Translations under genes and position numbers: made by a program
The notes under the pieces: generated by a model
Databases searched by the model: none
Told to the model about the DNA's origin: nothing
Seen by the model: only the letters and a program-made list of their open reading frames with translations
Shown: positions 9,889 through 19,075 of the stretch, piece by piece
How positions within the stretch are numbered: the first letter of the stretch is position 1
How the letters are laid out: every line of letters starts with the position of its first letter
IMG/VR virus record: IMGVR_UViG_3300045744_000033
Coordinates: 1-57,402 of that record
Source: a virus
Lineage: Duplodnaviria > Caudoviricetes
Direction: 5' to 3' (one strand)
Length of the DNA stretch: 57,402 bases

Positions 9889-11777
9889 TCATCAACCAGA
9901 TCGACGTCGGCGGCTTCAACCCCTTCCCCAAGCCGATGGCCGGCCAGGAGGTAGGGACTCAGCTTGTTGAGCGCGCGTCGACCCTGGTCTGGCCGCGCGG
10001 CGCGATCGGCCAGCGCCAGACCGTTCAGTTCTGGGTCAAGGCCTGGCAGTCGATCGGCGGCAACGCCGCCGGCAGCGCCTCCGCGCTCGACCTCCTCTGC
10101 AAGCAGATCGAGGAGCTCGCGAACAACGCCGAACTCCAGCCCTGCTTCATTCAGTGGCGCGCGACCGCCGATCCCGCGGCGGGGTTCAACCAAAGCAGCC
10201 CGGCCGACGGCTGGTACGTGATCAACTCCTTCGAGCCGGACCGCGAGAGCTACCTGTACGGCGGTCTCGTGAAGTGCCAGATGACGGTGACCCAGGTCGC
10301 GCCGCATCCGACGCGCTATGCGATGGGTTCGTTCGGCGGCAATCGGTCGACGAACTACTCGGGGACGCTGCTCACGGGAGGGCTCCTCGCCGCGCCGATC
10401 GGATCGACGAACCCGCTGTTCGGAACCCGCATCGGTGCCGAGGGCAGCTACCCATTCACCTACAACGCCGGGTTCAATCCCTACCCGCTCCTGCTGCCGG
10501 CCTCCGTGGCGAATTGGTGGGCCGGACGAGTGCGGATCTACGACACCATCAACACCACGAGCAACCCCGTCCCGACCACCGGGGGTTACGTGCACGCCAA
10601 CTGGGTCGAGGTCCAGGGGGCCGACCACGACTTCGTCGGTGACTGCGTGATCACCAACGGCCTGGTCCTTCTGCTACTGCAGAACGGGGTCGCCAACCAG
10701 CTGTGCCTCCCGTACGTCTGGAACACCGCGCTTGGCACGCCGGCATGGCAGTCGCCTGGGACGCTGCACACGCTCGACTCCGGCGGCAACCAGTACATGA
10801 CGTTGCGCTCCCTTCGTCTCCAGCGGGTCGGCATGGAGGTCGCCGACGTCATCTGCTCGGTCGGCAGCGGCCTCGCCTACTACGAGGACGTACGGATCCG
10901 GATCGAGCGCGGCTCCTACGTGACTCGGCTCGACATCACGCCCAAGAACTTCGCCGCCACGTACGTGGCGTCCCTGACGCCCGCGTGGACGTCGACGATC
11001 GGCTTCGACTCCACTCACGTCGCCGACAACGCGCTAGCCGCCGAACGATCGACCACCTACGTCGCCACCGACTACGGATACGGCGGTCTGATCCCCAAAG
11101 CCAACGCCAGCTACCAGCTGATCTGCGCTTGGCTCTTCCAGAACCAGCCCGCTTCCGATGTCTTCATGGGCGGGAGCGATTGCTACCTCTACGACAACAT
11201 CGCATCGGGGGCGACCGCCTCATATGGCTTCGCCATGCTGCCTTATTCCGGCGCGCAGAACCTCCAGGGCGAGGCCGAATCCGGCACCATGGCGAACGGC
11301 TGGGCGAGCGCGGCCGACAGCAACGCTTCCAACGGCAACGCCGCAAAGCTCGCCAACGGGACCGGCGGCTCGACTGCGCTCCTGACATGGATGGCTTCCC
11401 AGCAGCTGGGCGCTGGCAGCTGGATCGCCGGGGTGAGGTTGCGGACGACAACCGGGACCAGCCCGAGCGCCACCGAACGCTTCTACGTCTTCGACGTCAC
11501 CGGTAATGTCGGCGTCACCCCCTTCGTGAGCCTCGCGCCCAACGCCGTCGGGAGCACCTACAAGTGGGTCCAGGTCAGCACTCCATTCGCGCCGACCGCT
11601 GGCCACAGCTATCAGCTGCGCTGCGACCAGGGAGCGGGTGTCAACGCGACCGACGACTGGTGGGTCGATGAGGGGGTCTTCCTTCCGACAACGCTGACGG
11701 CCGACAACCGCGGACTCAAGGAGCTCTGGCAGCAGTTCATGTTCGACCGAGACGTCACCTGGTCGCGGGCAGCGTAG
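9885..11777 (+). CDS. Minor tail protein (Dit-like N terminus, possible C-terminal carbohydrate-binding module)
   Basis: Follows tape measure; EAESG...ASNG motif of CBM-like beta sandwiches. Confidence 0.65.
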   Translation: MIINQIDVGGFNPFPKPMAGQEVGTQLVERASTLVWPRGAIGQRQTVQFWVKAWQSIGGNAAGSASALDLLCKQIEELANNAELQPCFIQWRATADPAAGFNQSSPADGWYVINSFEPDRESYLYGGLVKCQMTVTQVAPHPTRYAMGSFGGNRSTNYSGTLLTGGLLAAPIGSTNPLFGTRIGAEGSYPFTYNAGFNPYPLLLPASVANWWAGRVRIYDTINTTSNPVPTTGGYVHANWVEVQGADHDFVGDCVITNGLVLLLLQNGVANQLCLPYVWNTALGTPAWQSPGTLHTLDSGGNQYMTLRSLRLQRVGMEVADVICSVGSGLAYYEDVRIRIERGSYVTRLDITPKNFAATYVASLTPAWTSTIGFDSTHVADNALAAERSTTYVATDYGYGGLIPKANASYQLICAWLFQNQPASDVFMGGSDCYLYDNIASGATASYGFAMLPYSGAQNLQGEAESGTMANGWASAADSNASNGNAAKLANGTGGSTALLTWMASQQLGAGSWIAGVRLRTTTGTSPSATERFYVFDVTGNVGVTPFVSLAPNAVGSTYKWVQVSTPFAPTAGHSYQLRCDQGAGVNATDDWWVDEGVFLPTTLTADNRGLKELWQQFMFDRDVTWSRAA

Positions 11778-13664
11778 ATGGCCGACCCGTTCCCGAAGCT
11801 CAGGTTCAGAGTGATGAACCGCGTCTTCGAGTCCGGCCAGGTCGGGACTGAGGTCATCCGCGACTTCCCGCACGCGCACCGCTCGAAGTGGACGATCTCC
11901 TCCATCCCGCTCGGGTCGCCGGCCTCCGTCGCCTCTGGGAAGTTCGAAATCCCGATGCCGGCCGTCCAGTCGGACGAGTACCGCGGAAGCGTTGAGGTGA
12001 TGAACAAGCTCGCGCGTGGTCAGCGGGTCGAGGGCTACTTCGGACCAGTCGGCGCGGGGGCGCCCACAGTCACGGGGATCATCGATCGCATCGGTCGGAA
12101 ACTCACTGGCGAGTGGCTGATCGAGGGGAAGACGGACCTTTGGATCGCCCAGATGAGCCGCGTCTTTCCGGGAGAAACCGGCGCCGCCTTTGGAACGTAC
12201 GGCGGCCAACCGGCAGCGATCCTCAAGGAGTTCATGGGCGCCAACGAGCTCCAGTTCGGAGACATTTACACGGGCAGCCCATTCGTTGCCGGCAACTACA
12301 TAAGCACGAACGTTCCCGGCGGTCACACCGCGAGCTGGGCGGCGGGGACGGATCCAGTTCTCGGTCTCCCGACCGCAACCGCCAGCGGCGGTGGCGCAGC
12401 GAGCGCCCTCGCCCTGGGCCCGACGTTCTCGGCGCCGACCCTTAATGGGAACTCGAACCGAGCAGCTCTGATTCGGGTGGCCGGCACGGCCATCCCGACT
12501 CCGTCGCTGACGACCGACGGTCAGGTCGCTGGCACCTGGGGAATCGCCTACGGCACCGACGGGAACAACGTGAATGTCTACTACTTCACGTTGAAGTGGC
12601 GGACAGCCACCGGGACGTACGACATCGACGTTCACGCCGATTTTTGGTTCGGCGGGAGCCTCCTCAAGTCCTTCACGGCGACCACGGCGATGACGGGCAT
12701 CTTTGTGTCGACACCGCCGGGCTACTTTTCCTTCGAGCTCGAGGTCGCCTCTTTCGCCAACCCATCGGGGAGTAACCCGATCACTGTCGTCACCCTCAAT
12801 GGAATGCAGGTCCTGACGACGACTTATGTCCAGGACTACTCGTCGGGCGGCAAGGTCGGACCGTTCTTCAGCGACGGTACGAGCGGGGGCGCGACCATCT
12901 ACGCGACGAGTCTCGGCTTCTTCACGCGGTACAACGCCGCCCACGACTCGGCGGGAGCACCGTTCATTGCCGACGCGACATTTGCCGGTCCAACGCTCAC
13001 CGGCGGACCGTCCGCGCCTTCGGGCCCCACGTTTCTCGATATGTGGGGCCGCGCTCAGGATCTCAGCGGCCAGCAGCTCCACTACACGCCGCAGGCGATG
13101 ACGGCGGGCTCGCGGGTGCTCGGGAAGGTCGCCTTCGGCGCGACTCTCGGGACCGACTGGTCGAAGCAGTTCGAGTTTCGAGAGGGCGACGACCTCATCG
13201 ACGTCGAGGAAGACAACGCGGCCGAGGGATACGCGACCGAGCTCGACCTGAGTGATCAGGCAACCGTCGGCAGCGGCGGTGCCGGCCGGTGGTCGAATCT
13301 GGCGGCCATCAAGTCGCTGGGCGTGCTCAGCGATCAGATCCCGAGCGTCAGCGGCCGCGACTTCGCCTCGCTCCTGGCGGCGAGCCAGCGGGCCGCCGGC
13401 AACACGTCGTCGGTGATGGCCCGGCGGATCCGGGTGCCCCTGACCGTGAAGACGGTGCTGATCCGTGAGCTCGACACGGTCGGCGTGCACTGTCCCTCGC
13501 TCGGCTTGTACCACCAGCCCTACCCGGTCGTCTCGAGGACGATCGCTGAGGAGGGCTGGATCGACTTCTTCGTGAGCGCCCTGCCCTTCGCCGACCCCGG
13601 CGCCATGGCGGCCCGAATGTTCAACGGCGTCGACCGCCTCGCGGCGACGTTTGCCACGCGCTAG
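11778..13664 (+). CDS. Minor tail/hub protein with a lectin-like insertion
   Basis: Synteny; beta-rich central region. Confidence 0.6.
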   Translation: MADPFPKLRFRVMNRVFESGQVGTEVIRDFPHAHRSKWTISSIPLGSPASVASGKFEIPMPAVQSDEYRGSVEVMNKLARGQRVEGYFGPVGAGAPTVTGIIDRIGRKLTGEWLIEGKTDLWIAQMSRVFPGETGAAFGTYGGQPAAILKEFMGANELQFGDIYTGSPFVAGNYISTNVPGGHTASWAAGTDPVLGLPTATASGGGAASALALGPTFSAPTLNGNSNRAALIRVAGTAIPTPSLTTDGQVAGTWGIAYGTDGNNVNVYYFTLKWRTATGTYDIDVHADFWFGGSLLKSFTATTAMTGIFVSTPPGYFSFELEVASFANPSGSNPITVVTLNGMQVLTTTYVQDYSSGGKVGPFFSDGTSGGATIYATSLGFFTRYNAAHDSAGAPFIADATFAGPTLTGGPSAPSGPTFLDMWGRAQDLSGQQLHYTPQAMTAGSRVLGKVAFGATLGTDWSKQFEFREGDDLIDVEEDNAAEGYATELDLSDQATVGSGGAGRWSNLAAIKSLGVLSDQIPSVSGRDFASLLAASQRAAGNTSSVMARRIRVPLTVKTVLIRELDTVGVHCPSLGLYHQPYPVVSRTIAEEGWIDFFVSALPFADPGAMAARMFNGVDRLAATFATR

Positions 13665-14167
13665 GTGAGCGCTCCAGCTGGGAGCCAGCCAGGGCCACCC
13701 TGAATGAAATACCAACGGCCGGTCGACGCGACGTCGTCGTACTCGCTCAACACCTCGGGCGTCCCCTCCGGGATGAGCGCCAGCGGAACTCCCTGCTGAG
13801 GCCAGCAACTCGGGATCCCAAGCGGACAGGCGTAGGCCGTGACGTCGGCGGTCGTGGTCAGCCGGAGCGCCGGGCTGATGAAGTGGATCGGAGGCTCGGG
13901 CGGACACTCAGGATAGACAGCGCCGCTGTGGCAGGCGTCGTACATGGACTGAGGGGGCAGGGCGGCGAGTGAAACGACGTAGCTGCGGTGAACGGGCGCA
14001 GGCGACGTAATCGGAGAGGTGATGACCGTTGGTCGCGGAAGCTCCACCACCGCGTGCGCCGGCGCCTGCGCCGGCGGTGCCGACGAGGCCGGAGCCGCCA
14101 GTGGAGCGGTGATGAGGAGCCAGAGCGCGGCGACACCATAGGCCGCCGTGTCCATGAGCCAGTTCAC
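13661..14167 (-). CDS. Putative exported protein with an SH3b-like C terminus (moron-like)
   Basis: Hydrophobic N terminus, Pro-rich linker, C-terminal WYFI...GWLPAGAL; opposite strand to the late operon; fills the gap between tail and lysin genes. Confidence 0.55.
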   Translation of the reverse strand: MNWLMDTAAYGVAALWLLITAPLAAPASSAPPAQAPAHAVVELPRPTVITSPITSPAPVHRSYVVSLAALPPQSMYDACHSGAVYPECPPEPPIHFISPALRLTTTADVTAYACPLGIPSCWPQQGVPLALIPEGTPEVLSEYDDVASTGRWYFIQGGPGWLPAGALT

Positions 14168-14220
14168 GGCCAGGCCCTTTACACCGCTTTACGCCGTCCG
14201 CTCAAAAGACAAGGACTCAC

Positions 14221-15279
14221 ATGCCCGACCTGATCTTCGATGCGGCTACCTGCCCGGGCGCTGACAAGTGCATCGCGCTCGCGCGCGCGCACAGCGCCGC
14301 CGGTTGGATGGCCTACATTCACGACTCGTATCTTTCCGCCGGAAACGGCGGCTGGACGCCGGCCGTCGTGCAGGCGCTGCTCGACGCCGGCCTGAAGGTC
14401 CTGCCCGTCTACCTGAAGAAGGACGGCGAGTGGGAGGCGGTCGACCACGCGCTCGAGGTGATGGCCGCCTACGGGCTCCAGGGCGCGGTCATGATCGACG
14501 TCGAGCGGGGAGCCGATCCCGGGGTCGCCTACACCGAGCAGTGGTGCGACGTCGTCGCAGGCGCCGGGCACCTCCCGGTCGTGTATGGCACAGCCACGAC
14601 GGTGTCGACCTACGCCAACCACGCGCGCGGGATCGCGGTCGCGCTCTACCCACCCTGGCGATCGCTCGACAACCGGCTCTGCATGGGCTCGGCGATCATG
14701 CCCGGCCTCGACCCCCGCAACCTGCCGAGCTTCAGCACCAGCTGGTTTGCGGACAGCCGCCTCTGGCAGTACGCGGACAGCTTCGACGTCGACGGTGTCG
14801 AGGTCGACGCAAGCTGCTCCAACCTCCCGCTCATCTCGAAGTCCCAGCCGGATCCAGCTCCAGGAGGAGACGACTTGCAGCCCGACGAGCGCGCAGCGCT
14901 GTTCGCCATCTACGACCGCGTCAACTTCGCCCCTGCGCCCGGCTGGCACGCCGGCGCCTCGCCGGGCAATCCGGCGAACCCCGCTTTCCCCGGCGCCGCC
15001 AGCAGCTGGTGGTGGCGGTGGCGCGCGTGGTACCGCGGCGCCCATCCCGAGCTCAACCTGCCGGCGGATCCGCAGACCGGTGCCGCCCCCGACCAGGCAG
15101 GCTACAGCGGGCCCACCGCGCCGGCGGACAGCTGGGAGTGGCAGGAGCGTCTGGAGGGCGACCCGCTGGCCACCCTGGTCGCCGTCAAGACGGAGCTCGA
15201 CGCCATCAAGGCCGGCAACCCGGATCCCGCCACCGCGGCGGCAGTGGCCCGCATCGAGGCCGCGCTGAAGCAGGCGTAG
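14221..15279 (+). CDS. Endolysin, GH25-like/DUF1906 muramidase domain plus C-terminal domain
   Basis: IDVE, VVYG, LWQY and VDAS motifs; first gene of the lysis cassette. Confidence 0.75.
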   Translation: MPDLIFDAATCPGADKCIALARAHSAAGWMAYIHDSYLSAGNGGWTPAVVQALLDAGLKVLPVYLKKDGEWEAVDHALEVMAAYGLQGAVMIDVERGADPGVAYTEQWCDVVAGAGHLPVVYGTATTVSTYANHARGIAVALYPPWRSLDNRLCMGSAIMPGLDPRNLPSFSTSWFADSRLWQYADSFDVDGVEVDASCSNLPLISKSQPDPAPGGDDLQPDERAALFAIYDRVNFAPAPGWHAGASPGNPANPAFPGAASSWWWRWRAWYRGAHPELNLPADPQTGAAPDQAGYSGPTAPADSWEWQERLEGDPLATLVAVKTELDAIKAGNPDPATAAAVARIEAALKQA

Positions 15280-15283
15280 CGCC

Positions 15284-15766
15284 ATGGCCCGAGAGTCGAT
15301 CACTCTCGAAGCGCTGGCGCGAAGGCTGAGCCGCTACGCCACCCAGACCGACAGGCGACTCAAGTACCTCGAGGACCTGGTGAAGAAGAACGGCCTCAAC
15401 GGGGCCGCTCCCGTCCTTCACAAGCTGGAGCCGATTGCGGAGGCGGCTGAGGACCTCGTGATCATGGCTCGAGATCACCGCGAACGCCGCGAGCTCGCGG
15501 CCGCCACGGCGATCGTCGACGAGGCCGCCAAGCGCGCGCACCAGCGCAAGGTCGAGATGCTGATGAGGCACTGGTGGTACCGGCGCTATGTCGCGGCGGC
15601 CGCGTTCTTTGGAGACTCCGGCCAGAAGCTCTACTACGCGGTCCTCGGCGCCGTCGGCCTCTACCTGGTGATGCAGGGATTCCCGGTGGCGGTGGCCGCC
15701 TTCAGTCAGATCACCCATGTCGCGCTTGCCCCGGTCGTCGGCGCTGCGCACCCGTCGCACCACTAG
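15284..15766 (+). CDS. Membrane-anchored coiled-coil protein of the lysis cassette
   Basis: Coiled-coil N terminus, single C-terminal hydrophobic segment. Confidence 0.6.
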   Translation: MARESITLEALARRLSRYATQTDRRLKYLEDLVKKNGLNGAAPVLHKLEPIAEAAEDLVIMARDHRERRELAAATAIVDEAAKRAHQRKVEMLMRHWWYRRYVAAAAFFGDSGQKLYYAVLGAVGLYLVMQGFPVAVAAFSQITHVALAPVVGAAHPSHH

Positions 15767-15807
15767 GCCCTAGTCCCGCCCCGCGTTCCGACCAGGAGGT
15801 CCTTGCC

Positions 15808-16278
15808 TTGCCCGACTCTGACGACCAGCAGGTCGCCGCCCACGACCAGGCCGAGACCCACCGCTACGTCGTCCACTTCCCGCCCCATCCAGCGCGGACG
15901 TCGGACCCCCATTACGTGGATTTCAACCACCTCCACGAGGCCTGGAAGAAGGACCCGGCGAAGTGGCAGTGCGCCGTCGGGCTCCACCGCGGCGACTTCA
16001 GCGAGTGCGACCTCACCAAGCCACTCGAGCTCCACCACAGCCATGTCGAGTTCAGCCTCCAGAACGGCATCGACCTCAAGTGGCTCGAGGTCGACTACCC
16101 CGGGATCAGCAACCCGGACGACCTCGGCGCCTGGGTCGAGTCGGCCGCCAACCTCGAGGTGCTCTGCGTGTTTCACCACCGAGGACCAGGCGGCAAACAC
16201 ACCGCCGCCTACGCGGACTTCGAGGCCGAGCTCTATGTGCGAGATCTGATCGCCAAGATGCCTCCGGGCACCAAATAG
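15808..16278 (+). CDS. HNH-like protein
   Basis: SD AGGAGG then TTG; C...C, LELHH and NLEVLCVFHH...H motifs. Confidence 0.6.
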   Translation: MPDSDDQQVAAHDQAETHRYVVHFPPHPARTSDPHYVDFNHLHEAWKKDPAKWQCAVGLHRGDFSECDLTKPLELHHSHVEFSLQNGIDLKWLEVDYPGISNPDDLGAWVESAANLEVLCVFHHRGPGGKHTAAYADFEAELYVRDLIAKMPPGTK

Positions 16279-16421
16279 TCCCCGCACGATCACCTGCTGG
16301 GCCAGCTTCGCAGCCACCACGGGCGCTGGGCCATCACCCACACCGGGATAGCCGCTGCGGCTTATCGCCGCCCGGGCGCCGCCGCCCGCCTTCGACGGCA
16401 CACCACAGAAGGAGGCAACGC

Positions 16422-16871
16422 ATGAGCGTGCTCATCCCCCTGCTCTCCCAGCTCGTCGCCGTCCTGGCGGCGGCCGGGCTCTTCTCGTGGCTCCTGCTGG
16501 CGGGCGGCGACGTCGTCGTCGGCTGGATCCGCCGGACCTCCTCCAACGCCCCGAAGCCAGGCAGCTTCAGCTGGTCCTACGCCTTCGCCTTCGTCCGGAC
16601 GACCCTCGGCTGGAAGGACGCCGTCGCCATGGCGTCCGCGGTGGCCCTCACCTTCCTCGGGGTCCTCGGCGCCAGCCTGGCCAAGCAGTCGGGCGGGGAC
16701 GTCGCCAGCTACGTGCTGCTCTTCAAGCTCGCGGCGATCGCCGCGCTGGCCACCTTCTCGGCCCTGGCCGCCAAGCAGAACATCGAGCTGCTGGGCGACA
16801 TCAAGGCCAAGCTCCTGGGCCAGCCCTCGTCGCGCCCCAAGCCGGCGGACGGAATCCCGGGCTTCCCCTAG
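16422..16871 (+). CDS. Holin-like multi-pass membrane protein ending in ADGIPGFP
   Basis: SD AAGGAGG; about 3 hydrophobic segments with a basic C tail; in lysis cassette; last 8 aa identical to the pro-peptide at 20328-20432. Confidence 0.7.
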   Translation: MSVLIPLLSQLVAVLAAAGLFSWLLLAGGDVVVGWIRRTSSNAPKPGSFSWSYAFAFVRTTLGWKDAVAMASAVALTFLGVLGASLAKQSGGDVASYVLLFKLAAIAALATFSALAAKQNIELLGDIKAKLLGQPSSRPKPADGIPGFP

Positions 16872-16970
16872 ACCTGCGTTCGACGGCCGCCGCTCGCTCC
16901 GGCCCACTCGAGCGAGCACCGCCCGAACCGGCGGACCACGCGCGACCAGCGCACCGACAAGGAGGCAGCA

Positions 16971-17447
16971 ATGCCAAACCACACGTCCTACCCGCGCCCG
17001 GCCGATATGTCGTGGGAGTTCTTCGACAGCTACGTCAAGGGGCTCCTGCACCCGGAGGGAATGGAGACCGCGCCCGACTACCCGCACGTCGACCTGGTCG
17101 AGTACGGCGGGCGTCACTCCGATCGCCTCAAGGTCGACGGCCATGAGGTCCCCTACATCGAGATGACCGACTGGCCGATCGTCTTCGACGGCGAGGCCTC
17201 GCCGGAGCTGACCGAGGAGTTCGCTCGCCAGCTCGACGACAAGGCTCCCGAGCTGGCGGCGGCCGTTCGCCGGGGCGAGCGGATCCGCAACCTGCTCTGT
17301 GACGATCGCTTCGGGATCACCGCACCGGAGTCCGAGATCAGGCGCTGGGCCTGGTTCCTGGCCAACGCGATGGCGGTGAGCGCCGGCTACACCTCGCACG
17401 GCAAGGGTTCCCGGCCGATCAACCGGCACGGCCCGAGCCGGACCTAG
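16971..17447 (+). CDS. Hypothetical protein
   Basis: SD AAGGAGG; good codon usage; followed by a terminator. Confidence 0.75.
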   Translation: MPNHTSYPRPADMSWEFFDSYVKGLLHPEGMETAPDYPHVDLVEYGGRHSDRLKVDGHEVPYIEMTDWPIVFDGEASPELTEEFARQLDDKAPELAAAVRRGERIRNLLCDDRFGITAPESEIRRWAWFLANAMAVSAGYTSHGKGSRPINRHGPSRT

Positions 17448-17477
17448 GCTCCGACCCCTCTCTCCTCCGTTCGACCG

Positions 17478-17508
17478 CCCTCGCCGGGTAACCGGCGGGG
17501 GCTCTTTT
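17478..17508 (+). terminator. Rho-independent terminator
   Basis: ccctcgccgg-gtaa-ccggcggggg followed by ctctttt. Confidence 0.7.
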
Positions 17509-17733
17509 GTGTTCCTCAGCTTTCCGGCGGAAAGAGGCGCGCCGCTCGCGGCTCGACCCCCTCGAGGCGGACGAGCACCGCCTCCGTCAGGCGGCCGATC
17601 TCTTCCAGCTCGCGTGCCGTCGCCTCGTCGCCGGCGGCCTTGGCCTCGCGGTAGGCCCGTCGCAGCGCGCTGACGGCGCTGATCAGCGGGAGGCGCCGGA
17701 TCCGGCTGCGGCTCAGGTGGCCAACCCGGCACG

Positions 17734-18000
17734 TCAGAGGGTGCGGTGTCTACGCAGCCGGACGCGGGCCTTCTCATTCGACGGCGGCCGTCCCGGCCGT
17801 CGAGGGATCCGCGCGAAGGCCTCGACATCGGCCTGCAGCATTGCCCAGTCTCTCCCCATGTTCCGAGCCGACGGGAGGCGCCGCTCGGCGGGTGGCCGCT
17901 CCTGGTCGCGCTCGATGTGCTCCCGCATCGTGTCTGGAGTCACGCCGACGATCGCCGCCGCCTCGCTCACGCTGATGATCCGGTCGATGATGCGTCTCAC
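17734..18000 (-). CDS. Small HTH DNA-binding protein (MerR/Xis-like)
   Basis: ISVSEAAAIVGVTPDTMR HTH and GRDWAM wing; GTG start chosen. Confidence 0.7.
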   Translation of the reverse strand: MRRIIDRIISVSEAAAIVGVTPDTMREHIERDQERPPAERRLPSARNMGRDWAMLQADVEAFARIPRRPGRPPSNEKARVRLRRHRTL

Positions 18001-18047
18001 TCTCCCCACATAGTACACGCATTATCCCCGCACGCGGGGGAGTTTCG

Positions 18048-18056
18048 TGCTATACT
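18048..18056 (+). promoter_or_regulatory. Extended -10 promoter for the tRNA
   Basis: TGc-TATACT 15 nt upstream of the tRNA 5' end. Confidence 0.6.
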
Positions 18057-18071
18057 CAGCGCAGCGAAGGC

Positions 18072-18143
18072 GGGCTGGTAGCTCAAAGGGAGAGCAGGAG
18101 CCTTAGAAACTCCAAGATGCGGGTTCGACCCCCGTCCAGTCCA
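18072..18143 (+). tRNA. tRNA with anticodon TAG (Leu) but a short variable loop and G3:U70/A73
   Basis: Cloverleaf GGGCTGG/CCAGTCC, D stem GCTC/GAGC, anticodon loop CTTAGAA, T arm GCGGG-TTCGACC-CCCGT; CCA not encoded. Confidence 0.85.
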
Positions 18144-18368
18144 TCGCCGAGAAGCACAAGACCGCGGCCCCCTCGCTCGTCGCTACGGGCGCCCGGCTGA
18201 CGATTCGACTCGCCTGCGGGGGCGTTAGAAACCGCGGTCTCGGTGAGAAGCCCCAGTCGGCGACAGCGCCGGTCGGCAGGCGGGGTCTCCCCGCTGACTC
18301 CTCGCGTTGGAGTCTACCCCTGATCCAAGGCATTTGCACCTTGTGCGAGTCCGATCTGTTGTAGCCGG

Positions 18369-18427
18369 TGGTGCCGGGAGGCGAGATTCGAACTCGCACG
18401 GGCGTGAAGCCCAGCGGTTTTTGAGTC
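18369..18427 (-). other. 3' half of tRNA-Leu(CAA): att core-like sequence
   Basis: Minus strand CTCAAAA anticodon loop, long variable arm, GTTCGAATC T loop, ends CGGCACCA; no 5' half. Confidence 0.75.
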
Positions 18428-18523
18428 CCCTCCGCGCCCCGATCAGGCTCGCGGCTCTGCGCGAAGTGCGCGGGCGGCTCGGTCGACCAGCGGCCGGCGC
18501 CGCGGCGGGGAGTCGCGTGACGC

Positions 18524-18832
18524 TCAGCTCGTCTTGAGGCCCAGCGCGGAGAAGACGGCGTACTGAATGACTCCGGCCGCTAGGAAGATCGCGACGCTCG
18601 TCGCGATCTTCACCGCGACCGGCCAGCGCGTGAACCAGACGAGGACGATCCCGAGGATCCAGCAGAAGATGGACGCGACGACGACGTGCCACCAGGCAGC
18701 GATGTACAGCGGATCGACCCGCGCCCAGGCGACTCCGTTCCACCGCCACCTCCCGTCAGCGGAGACGGCCGGCTGCCACACGCTACCGTCCCAGTACCAG
18801 GCGCCGTCGCCGGAGAGCTGGCCTGGTTGCAC
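18524..18832 (-). CDS. Small membrane protein with WYWDG/WRWNG repeats and two TM helices
   Basis: Two S-x-DG-x-W-x-W-(D/N)G repeats then hydrophobic helices; lies between the two tRNA halves. Confidence 0.7.
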   Translation of the reverse strand: MQPGQLSGDGAWYWDGSVWQPAVSADGRWRWNGVAWARVDPLYIAAWWHVVVASIFCWILGIVLVWFTRWPVAVKIATSVAIFLAAGVIQYAVFSALGLKTS

Positions 18833-18913
18833 GGGCCGACTCTAGTTGGCCCGTGGTGGCTCCGGATACCCGTAGCTCGATGCTCATCTGTTGTCAGTCG
18901 CTGTTGTCGAAGC

Positions 18914-18972
18914 TGGCGGAGGGAGGGAGATTTGAACTCCCGAGGGCTCGATACCCTGGCTGTTTTCAAGAC
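18914..18972 (-). other. 3' half of tRNA-Ser(TGA): probable attP core
   Basis: Minus strand CTTGAAA anticodon loop, long variable arm, GTTCAAATC, ends CTCCGCCA; 100 bp from the integrase stop; TGTTGTC repeats at 18889, 18902 and 19071 could be arm sites. Confidence 0.8.
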
Positions 18973-19075
18973 GGGAGCCGAGCGATCTTGAGGTCGCGCC
19001 GTGAGCTTGGAAAAGGCCGCCAGGCCGCGACAACCGCGTCAGTCAACGACCACTCCCTGATGTCTTTTTTTGTTG

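Noticed and set aside
9885-13664. Diversity-generating retroelement or invertible tail-fibre cassette
   Set aside because: No reverse transcriptase, template/variable repeat pair or invertase seen
18369-18972. Complete tRNA-Leu and tRNA-Ser genes
   Set aside because: Only 3' halves are present; the 5' acceptor strand and D arm are missing
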